Part shown: in pieces, positions 10,301 through 19,342 of the stretch
Position numbering within the stretch: position 1 is the stretch's first letter
Layout: each line of letters opens with the position of its first letter
Assembly (NCBI GenBank): GCA_963668675.2
Contig: CAXXMB010000002.1
Coordinates: 1,024,001-1,088,000 of the forward strand
Direction of reading: 5' to 3'
Length of the DNA stretch: 64,000 nucleotides
Source of the DNA: an uncultured Desulfatitalea sp.
Lineage (GTDB): Bacteria; Desulfobacterota; Desulfobacteria; Desulfobacterales; Desulfosarcinaceae
Program-made: the position numbers and the translations under genes
The notes under the pieces: generated by a model
Database searches by the model: none
Seen by the model: the letters and a program-made list of their open reading frames with translations, nothing else
Told to the model about the DNA's origin: nothing

Positions 10301-10872
10301 GTGAAAAGTTCCTCTCCTTTCTGGACCACGGTGCCATCCGGAGACAGCAGCTTCAGCCCAAATACGGTGTATCCATCGCCACCGTGCCCACTGATGTGAA
10401 CCAGGAGGCCAAAAGCGAGCCCTATCGGACCCGTCTGACCCTGCAATGCGCAAGCGGAGAGCAATCCCTGGACAACTACAACGCGCCGGATAAAAAAGCG
10501 TTTAACTGGGAACCGGCCTCTTGTGACGATGTGACCCTGACCATCTACTTCGACGAGACCACCCTGACCCGAAAATGGAGCGGCCAGTGGGGTTTCAGGG
10601 ATTTCCTGCGCGCCTTCAAGGATGGCCGTGAGGTTTACACCCCAAAAAGCTTCCCGCAGCAGCAGGCCGATTTGAAACGACTCGGCGTAAGACGGATTCA
10701 AGTCAACTATGTACTGAACAACGCAGGGCCGGTGGTGGGCATCGAAGCCTATCCTACCTTGAGCGTACCGAACCAGGCGGCCCACTGCTGGTCCGGGCTG
10801 GGAGCCCGTTTGAACGACGAAAACCTACAGCAAAACCCTTCTTCGCCGCAAAGCAAAGGAGGTGCCCAATGA
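7366..10872 (+). CDS. tssM: T6SS membrane-complex protein TssM (IcmF)
   Basis: N-terminal TM helices, LYSLPWFMIFGETASGKS (Walker A), CDWWFFENAVILDSAGRY, PLNGLIV, FPVYLLITKIDL; 1168 aa. Confidence 0.95.
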   Translation: MTKLLLSALKIFLLLILVAAAGLGAVLLADHMEWPRWVAAVAVLGLFFFIVLILFLRRFYFRRREAKFVKRVVEQDQKAIDAAPTHERRRLVELQERWATAVATLRDSRLNQRGDPLYSLPWFMIFGETASGKSTAVSHARLKNILTDAGPAKGIASTRNCDWWFFENAVILDSAGRYAVPLEDEDRGEWERFLTLLAKYRRKEPLNGLIVTLPADRLLNDDADALAEYGRSIRLRIDQLMRVLGAKFPVYLLITKIDLVLGMTAMADILPEQLRGQAMGLLNDCEACNPEEFLDSTIDHISRRLKDLRLQLAATVGKAGGRAVLFPDEFERLSPGIRSFVGGAFSENPYQETPFLRGLFISSGRQSGLARSGILGSLESFKEREWRLPDTVKGLFLHDLFGAILPRDRSGFRPLVEYLSWRKATGNLALAAWLLLLLTGIGAASFGYVHVRQAMQPVYASFHQPQQLGADLAQDMVTLGLLRDRISEMEQHLGSRIWLTVGFRQGDKALIGLKEKYCQWFRTFILNPTDEAMKKTFMDSENHGHSGTMAPYLEYLVWRVEILKAREADNLKSNAKGQAGPVQALAIAFGGRLPYVTAYFTDMYRSYAIWEPDPGILRREHTEMQVWANRIIDIEGRDLHWLTEWANAKADLSDVTLDDFWSGAGRVDHPPRVPRSFTTAGRAAIQKLIDQLSLVAADNNAFDKRISDFQGWYAQAYLLHWSSFARDFGMGMGKLRDRQDWMGAAAAMATLNNPYFKLITRMENELDAIRDIAPHADLDRLAKEFVYIANSYKAKQSKATLETKIADKIKRMEAHLERLDDTLAAAEVFTGYMQQLDAIVPKTATMNAAYHFSLQSYGLGSADGISSPVVLAQAAIDKMRSLVGKAPSEEESVWRLVEGPLQFLVTLITYETACGINDLWQSQVVAETVHIPQRQMWNALFGNQGVADKFLSESAKPFLKRTRNGWSSGTWLGVSFPFREKFLSFLDHGAIRRQQLQPKYGVSIATVPTDVNQEAKSEPYRTRLTLQCASGEQSLDNYNAPDKKAFNWEPASCDDVTLTIYFDETTLTRKWSGQWGFRDFLRAFKDGREVYTPKSFPQQQADLKRLGVRRIQVNYVLNNAGPVVGIEAYPTLSVPNQAAHCWSGLGARLNDENLQQNPSSPQSKGGAQ

Positions 10873-11507
10873 GCATCCTGCACTCACCGCGCACCCCCTG
10901 GTTGATGCTGGCCATCTTCTGTGTGGCCGCCCCGCTTCTGTTTGTGCTGGCTGCCGGCCGGGACTTGGGCTTGATTCGCAACATGAAGAGCGGCACCCAA
11001 ACGGCTGCCGTCACCCGTGAAATCCGGATGCCGATCGTTATCGACCGCACCGTACCACAGAGTTCCCCTTCACCGGATAAAGTAGCTTTTCCAAAGGCAC
11101 CGGGAAGAAAAACAAAAGAAACGATAGCCCCTCCCCCAGACAAACCGGCCCAGCCTGAAGCACAAGGGGCAGCATCCGACACGGCAGGTACGCTTCTCTC
11201 CCACAGCTTCCGGCCGAGCGACAAGCGATTCGAAGCACTCTTCCGAACCGACCAGCCGGCCAAAAGAACCCGGGTCTTCTTTAAATCCTCCCCGGCGCTG
11301 TGGGTGGTGGATCTCCATGGCAACTGGAAAAACGCCGCCCGCAGGGTCAGCACCTTCGAGCAGGGCGCCATCGATCGGGTGGTCATCGGTGAACACGAAC
11401 GCTATCTGCGAGTCGTCTTCCGCTACCGTGACAGGGAAACGCCCATGCCGGACGAACTGCCGTTGATCACCGAAGAGGAGCGCGGGTTTAATGTGGTCAT
11501 TGAATAA
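10869..11507 (+). CDS. Membrane-anchored AMIN-domain protein
   Basis: N-terminal TM, Pro/Lys-rich linker, C-terminal FFKSSPALWVVDLHG...IDRVVIGEHERYLRVVF (AMIN-like); ATGA overlap with tssM. Confidence 0.7.
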   Translation: MSILHSPRTPWLMLAIFCVAAPLLFVLAAGRDLGLIRNMKSGTQTAAVTREIRMPIVIDRTVPQSSPSPDKVAFPKAPGRKTKETIAPPPDKPAQPEAQGAASDTAGTLLSHSFRPSDKRFEALFRTDQPAKRTRVFFKSSPALWVVDLHGNWKNAARRVSTFEQGAIDRVVIGEHERYLRVVFRYRDRETPMPDELPLITEEERGFNVVIE

Positions 11508-11522
11508 CGAAGGAGAACAACC

Positions 11523-13811
11523 ATGCCCCAATTGACAGAGAACGCCTTTACGTTTGAAAGCAAGGCCCTGCCCAAAGAGACCTTCAGCGTGGTCCGCTTT
11601 TCCGGTGAAGAGGGGCTGTCGACCCTGTACCGCTTCGAGATCCTGCTGATCTCGGAGGAGCAGGATCTCGACATCGCGGCCGTGCTGCAGCATCCGGCCA
11701 CCTTTACGATCAAGAATCGTTTTGCCAACGGACCGGAACTGCCTTTTCACGGTATCCTCTCCGCCTTCGAACAACTGCACCAGTTCGGGACCTACACCTT
11801 CTACCGGACCGAATTGAGGCCCAAACTGTGGTGGCTCACCCAGACCCATCACAACCAGGTGTTCCTGGATCAAAAGATCGATCAATTCGCCGCCGCTGTT
11901 CTGCAGGACGGCGGTCTGTCCCAGGGAATGGACTTCGAGTTCCGCCTGCAGGGCCAGTACGCCCCCCGGGAGTATGTCTGCCAGTATGGGGAGTCGCACT
12001 TCGACTTCGTCTCCCGCTGGATGGAGCGCGAAGGGATCTACTACTGGTTCGAACAGGGCGAGCAGTCCGAAAAGATGATCGCCTCGGACACCCACATCGC
12101 CCATACGCCCCTCTCCGGCCACGAGAAATTTATCTACTCGCCACCGTCGGGGCTGGATGACACCAGCCAGGATAAGGTGATCCAGCGTTTCAGCCTGAAG
12201 CAGACGCCCATGCCCAAAAACGTCCTGCTCAAGGACTACAACTACATGAAACCGAGCCTCGACCTGGTAGGAAAAGCCCAGGTGCGCGGGCAAGGCCGGG
12301 GGGAGGTTTATCTATATGGTGAACATTTTCCCAACAGAAGCGAAGGTCAAAGATTGGCGACGGTCAGGGCCGAGGAGTACCTCTGTCGGGAAAAAGTCTT
12401 CAACAGTCAATCCACCGTGCCGGCCGTCCGGCCGGGTTACCTGTTCAATCTGGAGCGCCACTACTCGAACGGCTTCAACCGCGCCTATCTTACCACCAGC
12501 GTCCATCACGAAGGCAGCCAGGAGCAGTATCTGGTCAGCGGCCTGGGGGTGAATGGTGTGGAAGATCACCAGGGGCTATTCTACCGCAACACCTTCACCT
12601 GCATTCCGGGCGACATCCAGTACCGGCCGAAACGCGTCACTCCCAAACCGCGCATCGCAGGAAGCCTGTCAGCCAAAATCGACGCCGCCGGGTCGGGCAA
12701 ATACCCCGAATTGGACGAGCAGGGCCGCTACAAGGTGATTCTGCCCTTCGACCTGTCGGGGCGCAAGGACGGCAAGGGCTCGACCTGGATCCGCATGATG
12801 CAGCCTTACGCCGGCCAGGGCATGGGATTTCACGCTCCGCTGCACAAGGGCACCGAGGTGCTGCTCTCGTTCATCGAAGCCGACCCGGACCGACCCGTCA
12901 TCTCCGGCGCTATCCCCAACCCCGAGACCCCCAGTCCGGTGCACGACGCCAACCAGACCCAGGTGCGCCTCAAATCGGCCAGCGGCAATGTGATGCACAT
13001 GGAGGACCAGGAGGGGCACCAGCGCATCCTGCTTCACTCCCCCTCGGCCAATACGTTCCTGCGCTTGGGCGCACCCAATGATCCGGACTCGAAAAAAGAC
13101 AAGAAACAAGACGAGAAGTTGAAAGATCATGACGAACGGCTGGAGGAGTTGGAGACCGAGTGGGGCGCGCGTCTTTTCACCGATAAAGCATTAAAAATTC
13201 AAGTCGGGGGAGAGAACGCAGTCATTGGGGGTGAATGCATTGAAACCATCGTCGGTGCGGATATCGGCATCAAGCTGGTCACCGCCGATGAATTCATTGG
13301 CGGCTTGAAAACCGAATTGATGCTTGGTGGGACAGGCAGTTACCACTATCCAGCCCACTGGCTGCTCAAAGGCAGCGAGGAGAAGGTTGCCGAGCAGAAG
13401 CTGGAGGTGATCGAGGCCAAACAGGCGGCAGTCGGCGAATACAACGTGGTGCATGGCGAGCGTGGCGAAGTTACCGCCACCGTAACCACTGTAACTGGCG
13501 AGGTGTCCCGAGCCGTGGCGGATAGCAATGAAGTGCGGGGCGTCGTCACCGATGCCACCGGAGAGGTGAACAGAGCCCTGGGAGAGCGCATCACAGCTGT
13601 GGGAAATCAGACGCAGGCCATCGGCACCTGTCTTCGTGCTATTGGTACCAAGCTGGACACTGCTGGCACCAAGCTGGAGAGCGCCGGACACAGCATCCAC
13701 AATTCAGGCGTTTCCGTGCGATCGGCCGGATCAAGGATCCAGAGCGCCGGGTCGCACCTCAGCAATGCCTCCATGATCATTCGCGACGCCCCCATCATCA
13801 TGGATCAATAG
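11523..13811 (+). CDS. vgrG: T6SS spike protein VgrG (TssI) with C-terminal heptad-repeat extension
   Basis: FSGEEGLSTLYRFEI, REYVCQYGESHFDFVSRWMEREGIYYWF, LDEQGRYKV, GTEVLLSFIEADPDRPVISG. Confidence 0.95.
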   Translation: MPQLTENAFTFESKALPKETFSVVRFSGEEGLSTLYRFEILLISEEQDLDIAAVLQHPATFTIKNRFANGPELPFHGILSAFEQLHQFGTYTFYRTELRPKLWWLTQTHHNQVFLDQKIDQFAAAVLQDGGLSQGMDFEFRLQGQYAPREYVCQYGESHFDFVSRWMEREGIYYWFEQGEQSEKMIASDTHIAHTPLSGHEKFIYSPPSGLDDTSQDKVIQRFSLKQTPMPKNVLLKDYNYMKPSLDLVGKAQVRGQGRGEVYLYGEHFPNRSEGQRLATVRAEEYLCREKVFNSQSTVPAVRPGYLFNLERHYSNGFNRAYLTTSVHHEGSQEQYLVSGLGVNGVEDHQGLFYRNTFTCIPGDIQYRPKRVTPKPRIAGSLSAKIDAAGSGKYPELDEQGRYKVILPFDLSGRKDGKGSTWIRMMQPYAGQGMGFHAPLHKGTEVLLSFIEADPDRPVISGAIPNPETPSPVHDANQTQVRLKSASGNVMHMEDQEGHQRILLHSPSANTFLRLGAPNDPDSKKDKKQDEKLKDHDERLEELETEWGARLFTDKALKIQVGGENAVIGGECIETIVGADIGIKLVTADEFIGGLKTELMLGGTGSYHYPAHWLLKGSEEKVAEQKLEVIEAKQAAVGEYNVVHGERGEVTATVTTVTGEVSRAVADSNEVRGVVTDATGEVNRALGERITAVGNQTQAIGTCLRAIGTKLDTAGTKLESAGHSIHNSGVSVRSAGSRIQSAGSHLSNASMIIRDAPIIMDQ

Positions 13812-13821
13812 GAGCCGCTCT

Positions 13822-16800
13822 ATGAAAGTCGTCAAGGAGCTGACCCACGGCATTCTGCTCAACTACTTTGCCGTCAGGGAGAAGAACCACCTGGTGGTGT
13901 CCGTGCTCACCTTTTTCGACCTGGACGCGCCGGACAACCCCCTTTCCGAACAGGAGATGTGGCGGTTCGTGCCACCAGAGCTGGGAGAAAATGCCATACT
14001 GGACGCAGCCATGCCCAAGCCAAGGGCCGAAGTGCTGCTACGGGCCAAGTGCTTCGCACCTGAGGGCGCGCCGCGGACGGCCGCCCGGGCATCGTTTCGG
14101 GTTGGACATCTATCGAAGGCCCTCGATGTATTTGGCCCGCGCTTCTGGGAGCAGAGGGCCACCGGCCTAGTCATCACCGATCCCCAACCGTTTAGGGTCA
14201 TCGATCTGGACTGGTCCAACGCTTTTGGCGGCCCCGATTTCGATCTCAACCCCCTGGGGCGCGGCATGGCGCCCATATCATCCGATGGGGGCGGTTCGGC
14301 CCTGCCGTTACCGTCCGTGGAAAATCCGAACCGACTCATCGGCATGCCCGGCGACCGACCGGCGCCGGCTGGGTTCATGCCCCTGGATCAAACCTGGCCC
14401 CAGCGGCGGTCCAAGGTGGGCACCTATGACCAGCAATGGTTTCAGACCCATTGGCCTTACTTTCCCGAAGACATGAACTGGACCTTTTTCAACACGGCAC
14501 CGGAAGACCAGCAGCAAGACGCCTATTTCCAGGGCGGTGAAAGGGTGGAACTGACCAACTTGCACCCCCGACGCCAACTGGTGCAGACCGTGTTGCCCCA
14601 ACTGCGACAGCGGGTGTTCGTCAATCAGTTTCACGACCTGCAGGACCCCGAAAAAGGGTTGGCCTTCCGGGAATCCCAGACACGGCTGGATACGGTCTGG
14701 CTCTTTCCTCACGCACTGCGCGGCATCCTGGTTCACCGGGCCGTTCTGGAAGTGGCCGACGAGGAGGCCGTGGACGTCAAGCACCTCTATCTGGTCACCG
14801 AGTCTCCGAACGACGCCCCCCAAAGCCTGGAACATCATATGGCCGCATTGGAAAAGCGCCTGGACCGCACCGTGCAGATAGACATGTCCCAGTTGGACGC
14901 CGCCATGGCCCAAGCCGTCCAGGATATGAAAAAGATCAAAGACATTCCCAAGACCCTGGCCCATACACTGTCCGTGGCCCAGGGTCAGGCACCCAATGTC
15001 GGCATCTCGCCCCAAAACGCCGCCACCCGCTGCACGAGCCTCTTGGGCCAGTCCCAGGAGCGCATGCAGGCAGCTGAAAAGCAATTGGTGAAACTCAAAA
15101 GCCAGTTCGGACACATGGTTAAAATCGATCTTGCACCTCTGGCCAGGGCGAGGAATAAATTCGAACAGCTCAAAGGCACTATCGCCAAACAGATGAATAT
15201 GGCCGGTGATTTAACCCAAAAGGCCGGGGCCGCCAAAAAGCAGATGCAGATGAAGGTTCTCAATGCCTTGGACCGGCCCGACACCCAGCCGTTCCTCGCC
15301 AAAGCCCGGGAGCAGATGGCCCCGCCGGAAAAAGCGCTTTGGCCGGAGCAGGCCCTGGCGCTCGTGCGTCAGGGGCGCTATGACCTCTCTCTGGATCATG
15401 AGCGTATGGGAGCGCTGCGAAAACTGGGCCTGCGGCCATCGACGCTGAAGCGGGCCATGCTGGCCGTCATCCCTGAGGGTCAACCCTTTGTCCCGGAGCA
15501 GTGGGGGCTTGATCCGGCCCCGCCCTCATCTCTGCCAGCCGGAATGCTGATGGCCGCCCACGTCGGGCCTCAAATTACCAGACTCGTCCTTCGTCCCGGC
15601 CCTCTGGAAAAAGCAACTGACGACATCACTGTACCGGGTTCCGCGGACACCGCTTTTGCCGCAGGCATGGCCCCGGGCAAAACCGTGATACGGGTGGCCG
15701 ATCCCCTGGAGGCGTGGCTGGTGGAGCAGGACGCCGGGGATTTCGTTGGAGCTGTGGCTTTGCCAACCCCGGCCACGGCCCCCGACAAGGGGACTGCGGA
15801 GTTGCTCAAGGTCGCTCCACGCCTGATGGTCGTTCTCTATTCCCGGGAAAAGGCTGCCATGGACAAGGAGTTTGAACCATGGCGAGCGGCATATCCCCAG
15901 GCCGAGCCGCTGCCCTTGCCAGAAAAATCGGCAATTTTAGACGCACACCAAAAGGCTGTGCCGCTCGAGGAGTGGATTGTGGCGGCACTGGGGCCAGACC
16001 AGCCCGCTTTTATTCCGGAGGAGAGTCCGTTCCGGGCCGGCAAGGGCCCCGACGGCGGCGGTATCTCGATTCCATCGGTGGATGCCAAGGGACTCTACCA
16101 GGCCTATCACGATGGAATGATGGAAAAGATGGCCTCTGCAATGGCCAGAGGGGAGAAGCTGAAACAGAGCCTGCCGAAAAAAATGGAGGCTGCTGTCGAA
16201 AAGGCCAGGGCTCAGATGCGCCGGGACGGTTTGGAGAGACATGGCATCAATCCACAAGACTGCCTGACACCGCCACCCACGAAGAAAAAACCGGCGGGCT
16301 TCATGGCCGGTGCGGATCTCTCGACCAAGTACGCCCATGTCCGCCAGGGGTTGGAAAAGAGTGGACAACTGACGCCCGAGCGGGCTGCTACCCTGGACGC
16401 CCAGGAAGCCAAAATGTCTCGCCTGCTGGCGGCATCCAAAGCCCAATGGGAGGAAGGACAGGCCAAACTGCCTGGAGCCGGCGGCAGCTTCACCTTTCCC
16501 GACTGGGCCAGGGAACTGCTGGAGCCCTTTCATATAGACCCGGACGACCAGGAGGTGATGACCCGCGAAAAGGTCATCGCGTGCCACGCCGGACAGATCA
16601 GCCTCAAAGGCAAAAACCTGGCCGGTCTGGACCTCTCCGGTCTGGACCTGGCTGGTGCGGATTTGCGCGGCGCACGGATACAGAAGACCTCCTTTGCCGG
16701 ATCGACACTGGATGGCGCAGACCTGAGCGGCACCATTGCAGAGCAGGCCGACTTCAGCGACGTCTCTTTTAAAAACGGAAAGGCCGTACAGGCCATCATG

Positions 16801-17559
16801 AGCAAAGCCGGCTTTACCAGTGCCGCCCTTACCGGCACCAACTTCAGCAAGGCCCTGCTCAAAGCGGCCGATCTGTCAAACGCTGACCTGTCGGAGAGCG
16901 CCCTGGAACAGACCCTGCTGGAGGATGCCCGGCTGGTCGGCGCCAACCTTTCGGCGACCAAGGCGACCAAGGGCTATTTCATGGGAGCGGATCTGACCGG
17001 CGCCAACGTTTCCAACGCAGACGCTGTCAAAGCCGTTTTTCACAGGGCTACCGCAATCAAGACTGACTTCTCCGGCAGCGATCTGACCAAAGCTATCTTC
17101 TGGGACGCCCAGGCCGATCAGGCCATCTTCAAGGGAAGCAAACTGGAAAACGCCCGTTTCGGCGGCACCGCCTCGGCCAAAAAGGGGAACTTTTCCGATG
17201 CGGATCTGGCGCGTACCTCCTTGATCGACGCAGACCTGTCCGAGGCCGATTTCAAGGGGGCGCGCTTCGAACGATCGTTTGTGCGAAACTGCAACCTCTC
17301 CGGAGCCGATTTGTCCGGAGTGCAGGCCAAAAGCACCTTTTTTCATCGCACCAACCTCGAAGGCGCCAACCTCTCCCGATCCAACCTTTTTCTGGGATCT
17401 CTGCGCAAGGCCCGTCTGGTCAACACTGATCTGTCCGGCGCCAACTTGTATGGGGCGGAAATGTATCGAGCCGTGGTAGGCAACACCAATTTTGACGGTG
17501 CCAACCTGAAGATGACGCTACTCAACAAGCGCGTGGAGCTTCTCGATGACAAGAAATGA
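13822..17559 (+). CDS. DUF2169 T6SS adaptor fused to a central insertion and C-terminal pentapeptide repeats (TagAB-like)
   Basis: DAAMPKPRAEVLL, WSNAFGG...NPLGRG, WPQRRSKVGTYDQQW, FFNTAPEDQQ, LDTVWLFP (DUF2169); A(D/N)LSG repeats over roughly the last 300 aa. Confidence 0.88.
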   Translation: MKVVKELTHGILLNYFAVREKNHLVVSVLTFFDLDAPDNPLSEQEMWRFVPPELGENAILDAAMPKPRAEVLLRAKCFAPEGAPRTAARASFRVGHLSKALDVFGPRFWEQRATGLVITDPQPFRVIDLDWSNAFGGPDFDLNPLGRGMAPISSDGGGSALPLPSVENPNRLIGMPGDRPAPAGFMPLDQTWPQRRSKVGTYDQQWFQTHWPYFPEDMNWTFFNTAPEDQQQDAYFQGGERVELTNLHPRRQLVQTVLPQLRQRVFVNQFHDLQDPEKGLAFRESQTRLDTVWLFPHALRGILVHRAVLEVADEEAVDVKHLYLVTESPNDAPQSLEHHMAALEKRLDRTVQIDMSQLDAAMAQAVQDMKKIKDIPKTLAHTLSVAQGQAPNVGISPQNAATRCTSLLGQSQERMQAAEKQLVKLKSQFGHMVKIDLAPLARARNKFEQLKGTIAKQMNMAGDLTQKAGAAKKQMQMKVLNALDRPDTQPFLAKAREQMAPPEKALWPEQALALVRQGRYDLSLDHERMGALRKLGLRPSTLKRAMLAVIPEGQPFVPEQWGLDPAPPSSLPAGMLMAAHVGPQITRLVLRPGPLEKATDDITVPGSADTAFAAGMAPGKTVIRVADPLEAWLVEQDAGDFVGAVALPTPATAPDKGTAELLKVAPRLMVVLYSREKAAMDKEFEPWRAAYPQAEPLPLPEKSAILDAHQKAVPLEEWIVAALGPDQPAFIPEESPFRAGKGPDGGGISIPSVDAKGLYQAYHDGMMEKMASAMARGEKLKQSLPKKMEAAVEKARAQMRRDGLERHGINPQDCLTPPPTKKKPAGFMAGADLSTKYAHVRQGLEKSGQLTPERAATLDAQEAKMSRLLAASKAQWEEGQAKLPGAGGSFTFPDWARELLEPFHIDPDDQEVMTREKVIACHAGQISLKGKNLAGLDLSGLDLAGADLRGARIQKTSFAGSTLDGADLSGTIAEQADFSDVSFKNGKAVQAIMSKAGFTSAALTGTNFSKALLKAADLSNADLSESALEQTLLEDARLVGANLSATKATKGYFMGADLTGANVSNADAVKAVFHRATAIKTDFSGSDLTKAIFWDAQADQAIFKGSKLENARFGGTASAKKGNFSDADLARTSLIDADLSEADFKGARFERSFVRNCNLSGADLSGVQAKSTFFHRTNLEGANLSRSNLFLGSLRKARLVNTDLSGANLYGAEMYRAVVGNTNFDGANLKMTLLNKRVELLDDKK

Positions 17560-18598
17560 GATTGTCGAAGCCATTGCCCGTGACGACACCATTGCAGATC
17601 AGGATCTGTCCGGCATCGATCTTACAGGGATGGATCTTTCAGGAGCGCGGTTTGAAAACTGCTTTATGGGCAATGTCGATTTCCGCGGCGCCACCATTCA
17701 ACGCACTGGCTTCAAGGGGTGTGTCCTGCATGGCGCCAACATGAGCAATGCCGATCTGTCCCAGGTTCTCTGGATGGAGATGGACCTGACCGGAACCAAC
17801 CTCTCCGGGGCCAAACTGGAGAAGGCCGTGCTCACCGGTGCAAAACTCACCGACGCCAATCTGTCCGGGACTGATTTGACGCGCGCCGTTCTGGACAACG
17901 CTGTGCTTGACGGTGCCCATATGCGGCAGGCCGCTCTGACAAGAGCGGTCTTTTTTCAAGCGTCGTTAAAAGGGGTCGACTTGTCCACCGCAGATCTGAC
18001 CCGGGCTGTTTTTTTCAAGGCCGATCTGACCGGGGCCAACCTCAGCCGGATAAAGGCTCACAAGACCTTTCTGCGTGAGTGCGCACTGGCCAACCAGGAT
18101 TTTTCAGGGTGTGAGTTCTCCTGTGTGCAGGCCGGCGGCGCCGACCTGACCGGGGCCAAGTTTGCCGGCGCAGACGTGAACCGGTCCAACTTCATGGAGG
18201 CCACCCTGAACGGCGCCGACTTCAGCGCAGCCAAAGCGTTCGGTGCCGTCTTCATGGCGGCAGACCTGAAAGGTGCCCGGTTTGCAAAGGCACTCCTCAG
18301 CAACGCCTGCTTTGAAGGCGCGACCCTGAACGGCGCCGACTTTACGGCAGCCCGAATGGACCAGAGCCTGATGACCAAAAGCGCCTGCACGGGAACCGTC
18401 TTTGCGGGAGCCGATTGCTCAGGCTGCGACTTCTCCCATGCCGACCTGACGGCTGCCGACTTCTCCAACGCAAGCCTGTTTCGGGCCAAGATGCACCGGG
18501 CCATAGAGGAGCATACGATTTGGGACGGGTCCACGCGAAGCATGGCGCTGGAGACGGATGTGGATCTGGCTGCGGCGGAGGAGTGGAAGAAGAAATGA
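17546..18598 (+). CDS. Pentapeptide repeat protein (TagB-like)
   Basis: Almost entirely ADLTG/ANLSG/ADFSA pentapeptides; overlaps the previous gene. Confidence 0.9.
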   Translation: MTRNEIVEAIARDDTIADQDLSGIDLTGMDLSGARFENCFMGNVDFRGATIQRTGFKGCVLHGANMSNADLSQVLWMEMDLTGTNLSGAKLEKAVLTGAKLTDANLSGTDLTRAVLDNAVLDGAHMRQAALTRAVFFQASLKGVDLSTADLTRAVFFKADLTGANLSRIKAHKTFLRECALANQDFSGCEFSCVQAGGADLTGAKFAGADVNRSNFMEATLNGADFSAAKAFGAVFMAADLKGARFAKALLSNACFEGATLNGADFTAARMDQSLMTKSACTGTVFAGADCSGCDFSHADLTAADFSNASLFRAKMHRAIEEHTIWDGSTRSMALETDVDLAAAEEWKKK

Positions 18599-18678
18599 AC
18601 GTCCCGAATGAAAAATAGCGATAGTTGATAGAACAGCCCCATTTTGGGGATGAATCAAGAAGCTTATGGAGGCATAAA

Positions 18679-19332
18679 ATGCAAGAAGCTGCCCGGCATA
18701 TCGAATCCCCCTGGCTGGCCCTGGGATACGCCACTGTTGAATCCAGCAACGGCGATGACCTCATTGTTCAAACACCGACCGGTCGGACGCGGGCCCGGAA
18801 AGCGACCAGCTGCCTGCTGGTCCCGGAAGCGGGGGATCAAGTTCTGATTTCAGAAGACAACTTCGGTCGAAGCTACGTGCTGTCCGTTCTCGAACGCCTG
18901 GATGACCGAACGGGCAATCAAATCTCACTGAAAGGCCCGACCCGACTGGAGGTGACCGACGGTGATCTGACCCTGGCCGCGGAGAGCGGCCTTGGCCTGG
19001 CATCACCGGCTCGTATTGCCCTAACAGCCTCCGAACTGGATATTAACGCGTCCCGGGCCCAAATCGGCATAGAAGATACCCACCTGGCCGGTAAATCGCT
19101 GAGTGCCAGCATCGAGCAAATCCGTACCGTGGCACGAAGCATGGACAGTTTCATCAAGAACTGGGTCCAGCGCATGTCCTCTTGTTTTCGCTATGTCCGG
19201 GAGATCGATGAAACCCAAGCCGCCACGGCCAGGCAATTGGTCGAAGGCACCCTGACGGTCCAGACCGGCAACAGCGTGCATATGGCCGAGGGCCACGTCA
19301 AAATCGACGCCGAACAGATTCACCTGGGATGA
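18679..19332 (+). CDS. DUF3540 protein (TagC-like, T6SS-associated)
   Basis: ARKATSCLLVPEAGDQVL, YVLSVLER, C-terminal VKIDAEQIHLG; ATG 18679 follows GGAGG (ORF track starts at TTG 18625). Confidence 0.85.
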   Translation: MQEAARHIESPWLALGYATVESSNGDDLIVQTPTGRTRARKATSCLLVPEAGDQVLISEDNFGRSYVLSVLERLDDRTGNQISLKGPTRLEVTDGDLTLAAESGLGLASPARIALTASELDINASRAQIGIEDTHLAGKSLSASIEQIRTVARSMDSFIKNWVQRMSSCFRYVREIDETQAATARQLVEGTLTVQTGNSVHMAEGHVKIDAEQIHLG

Positions 19333-19342
19333 AGGAGGGAGC

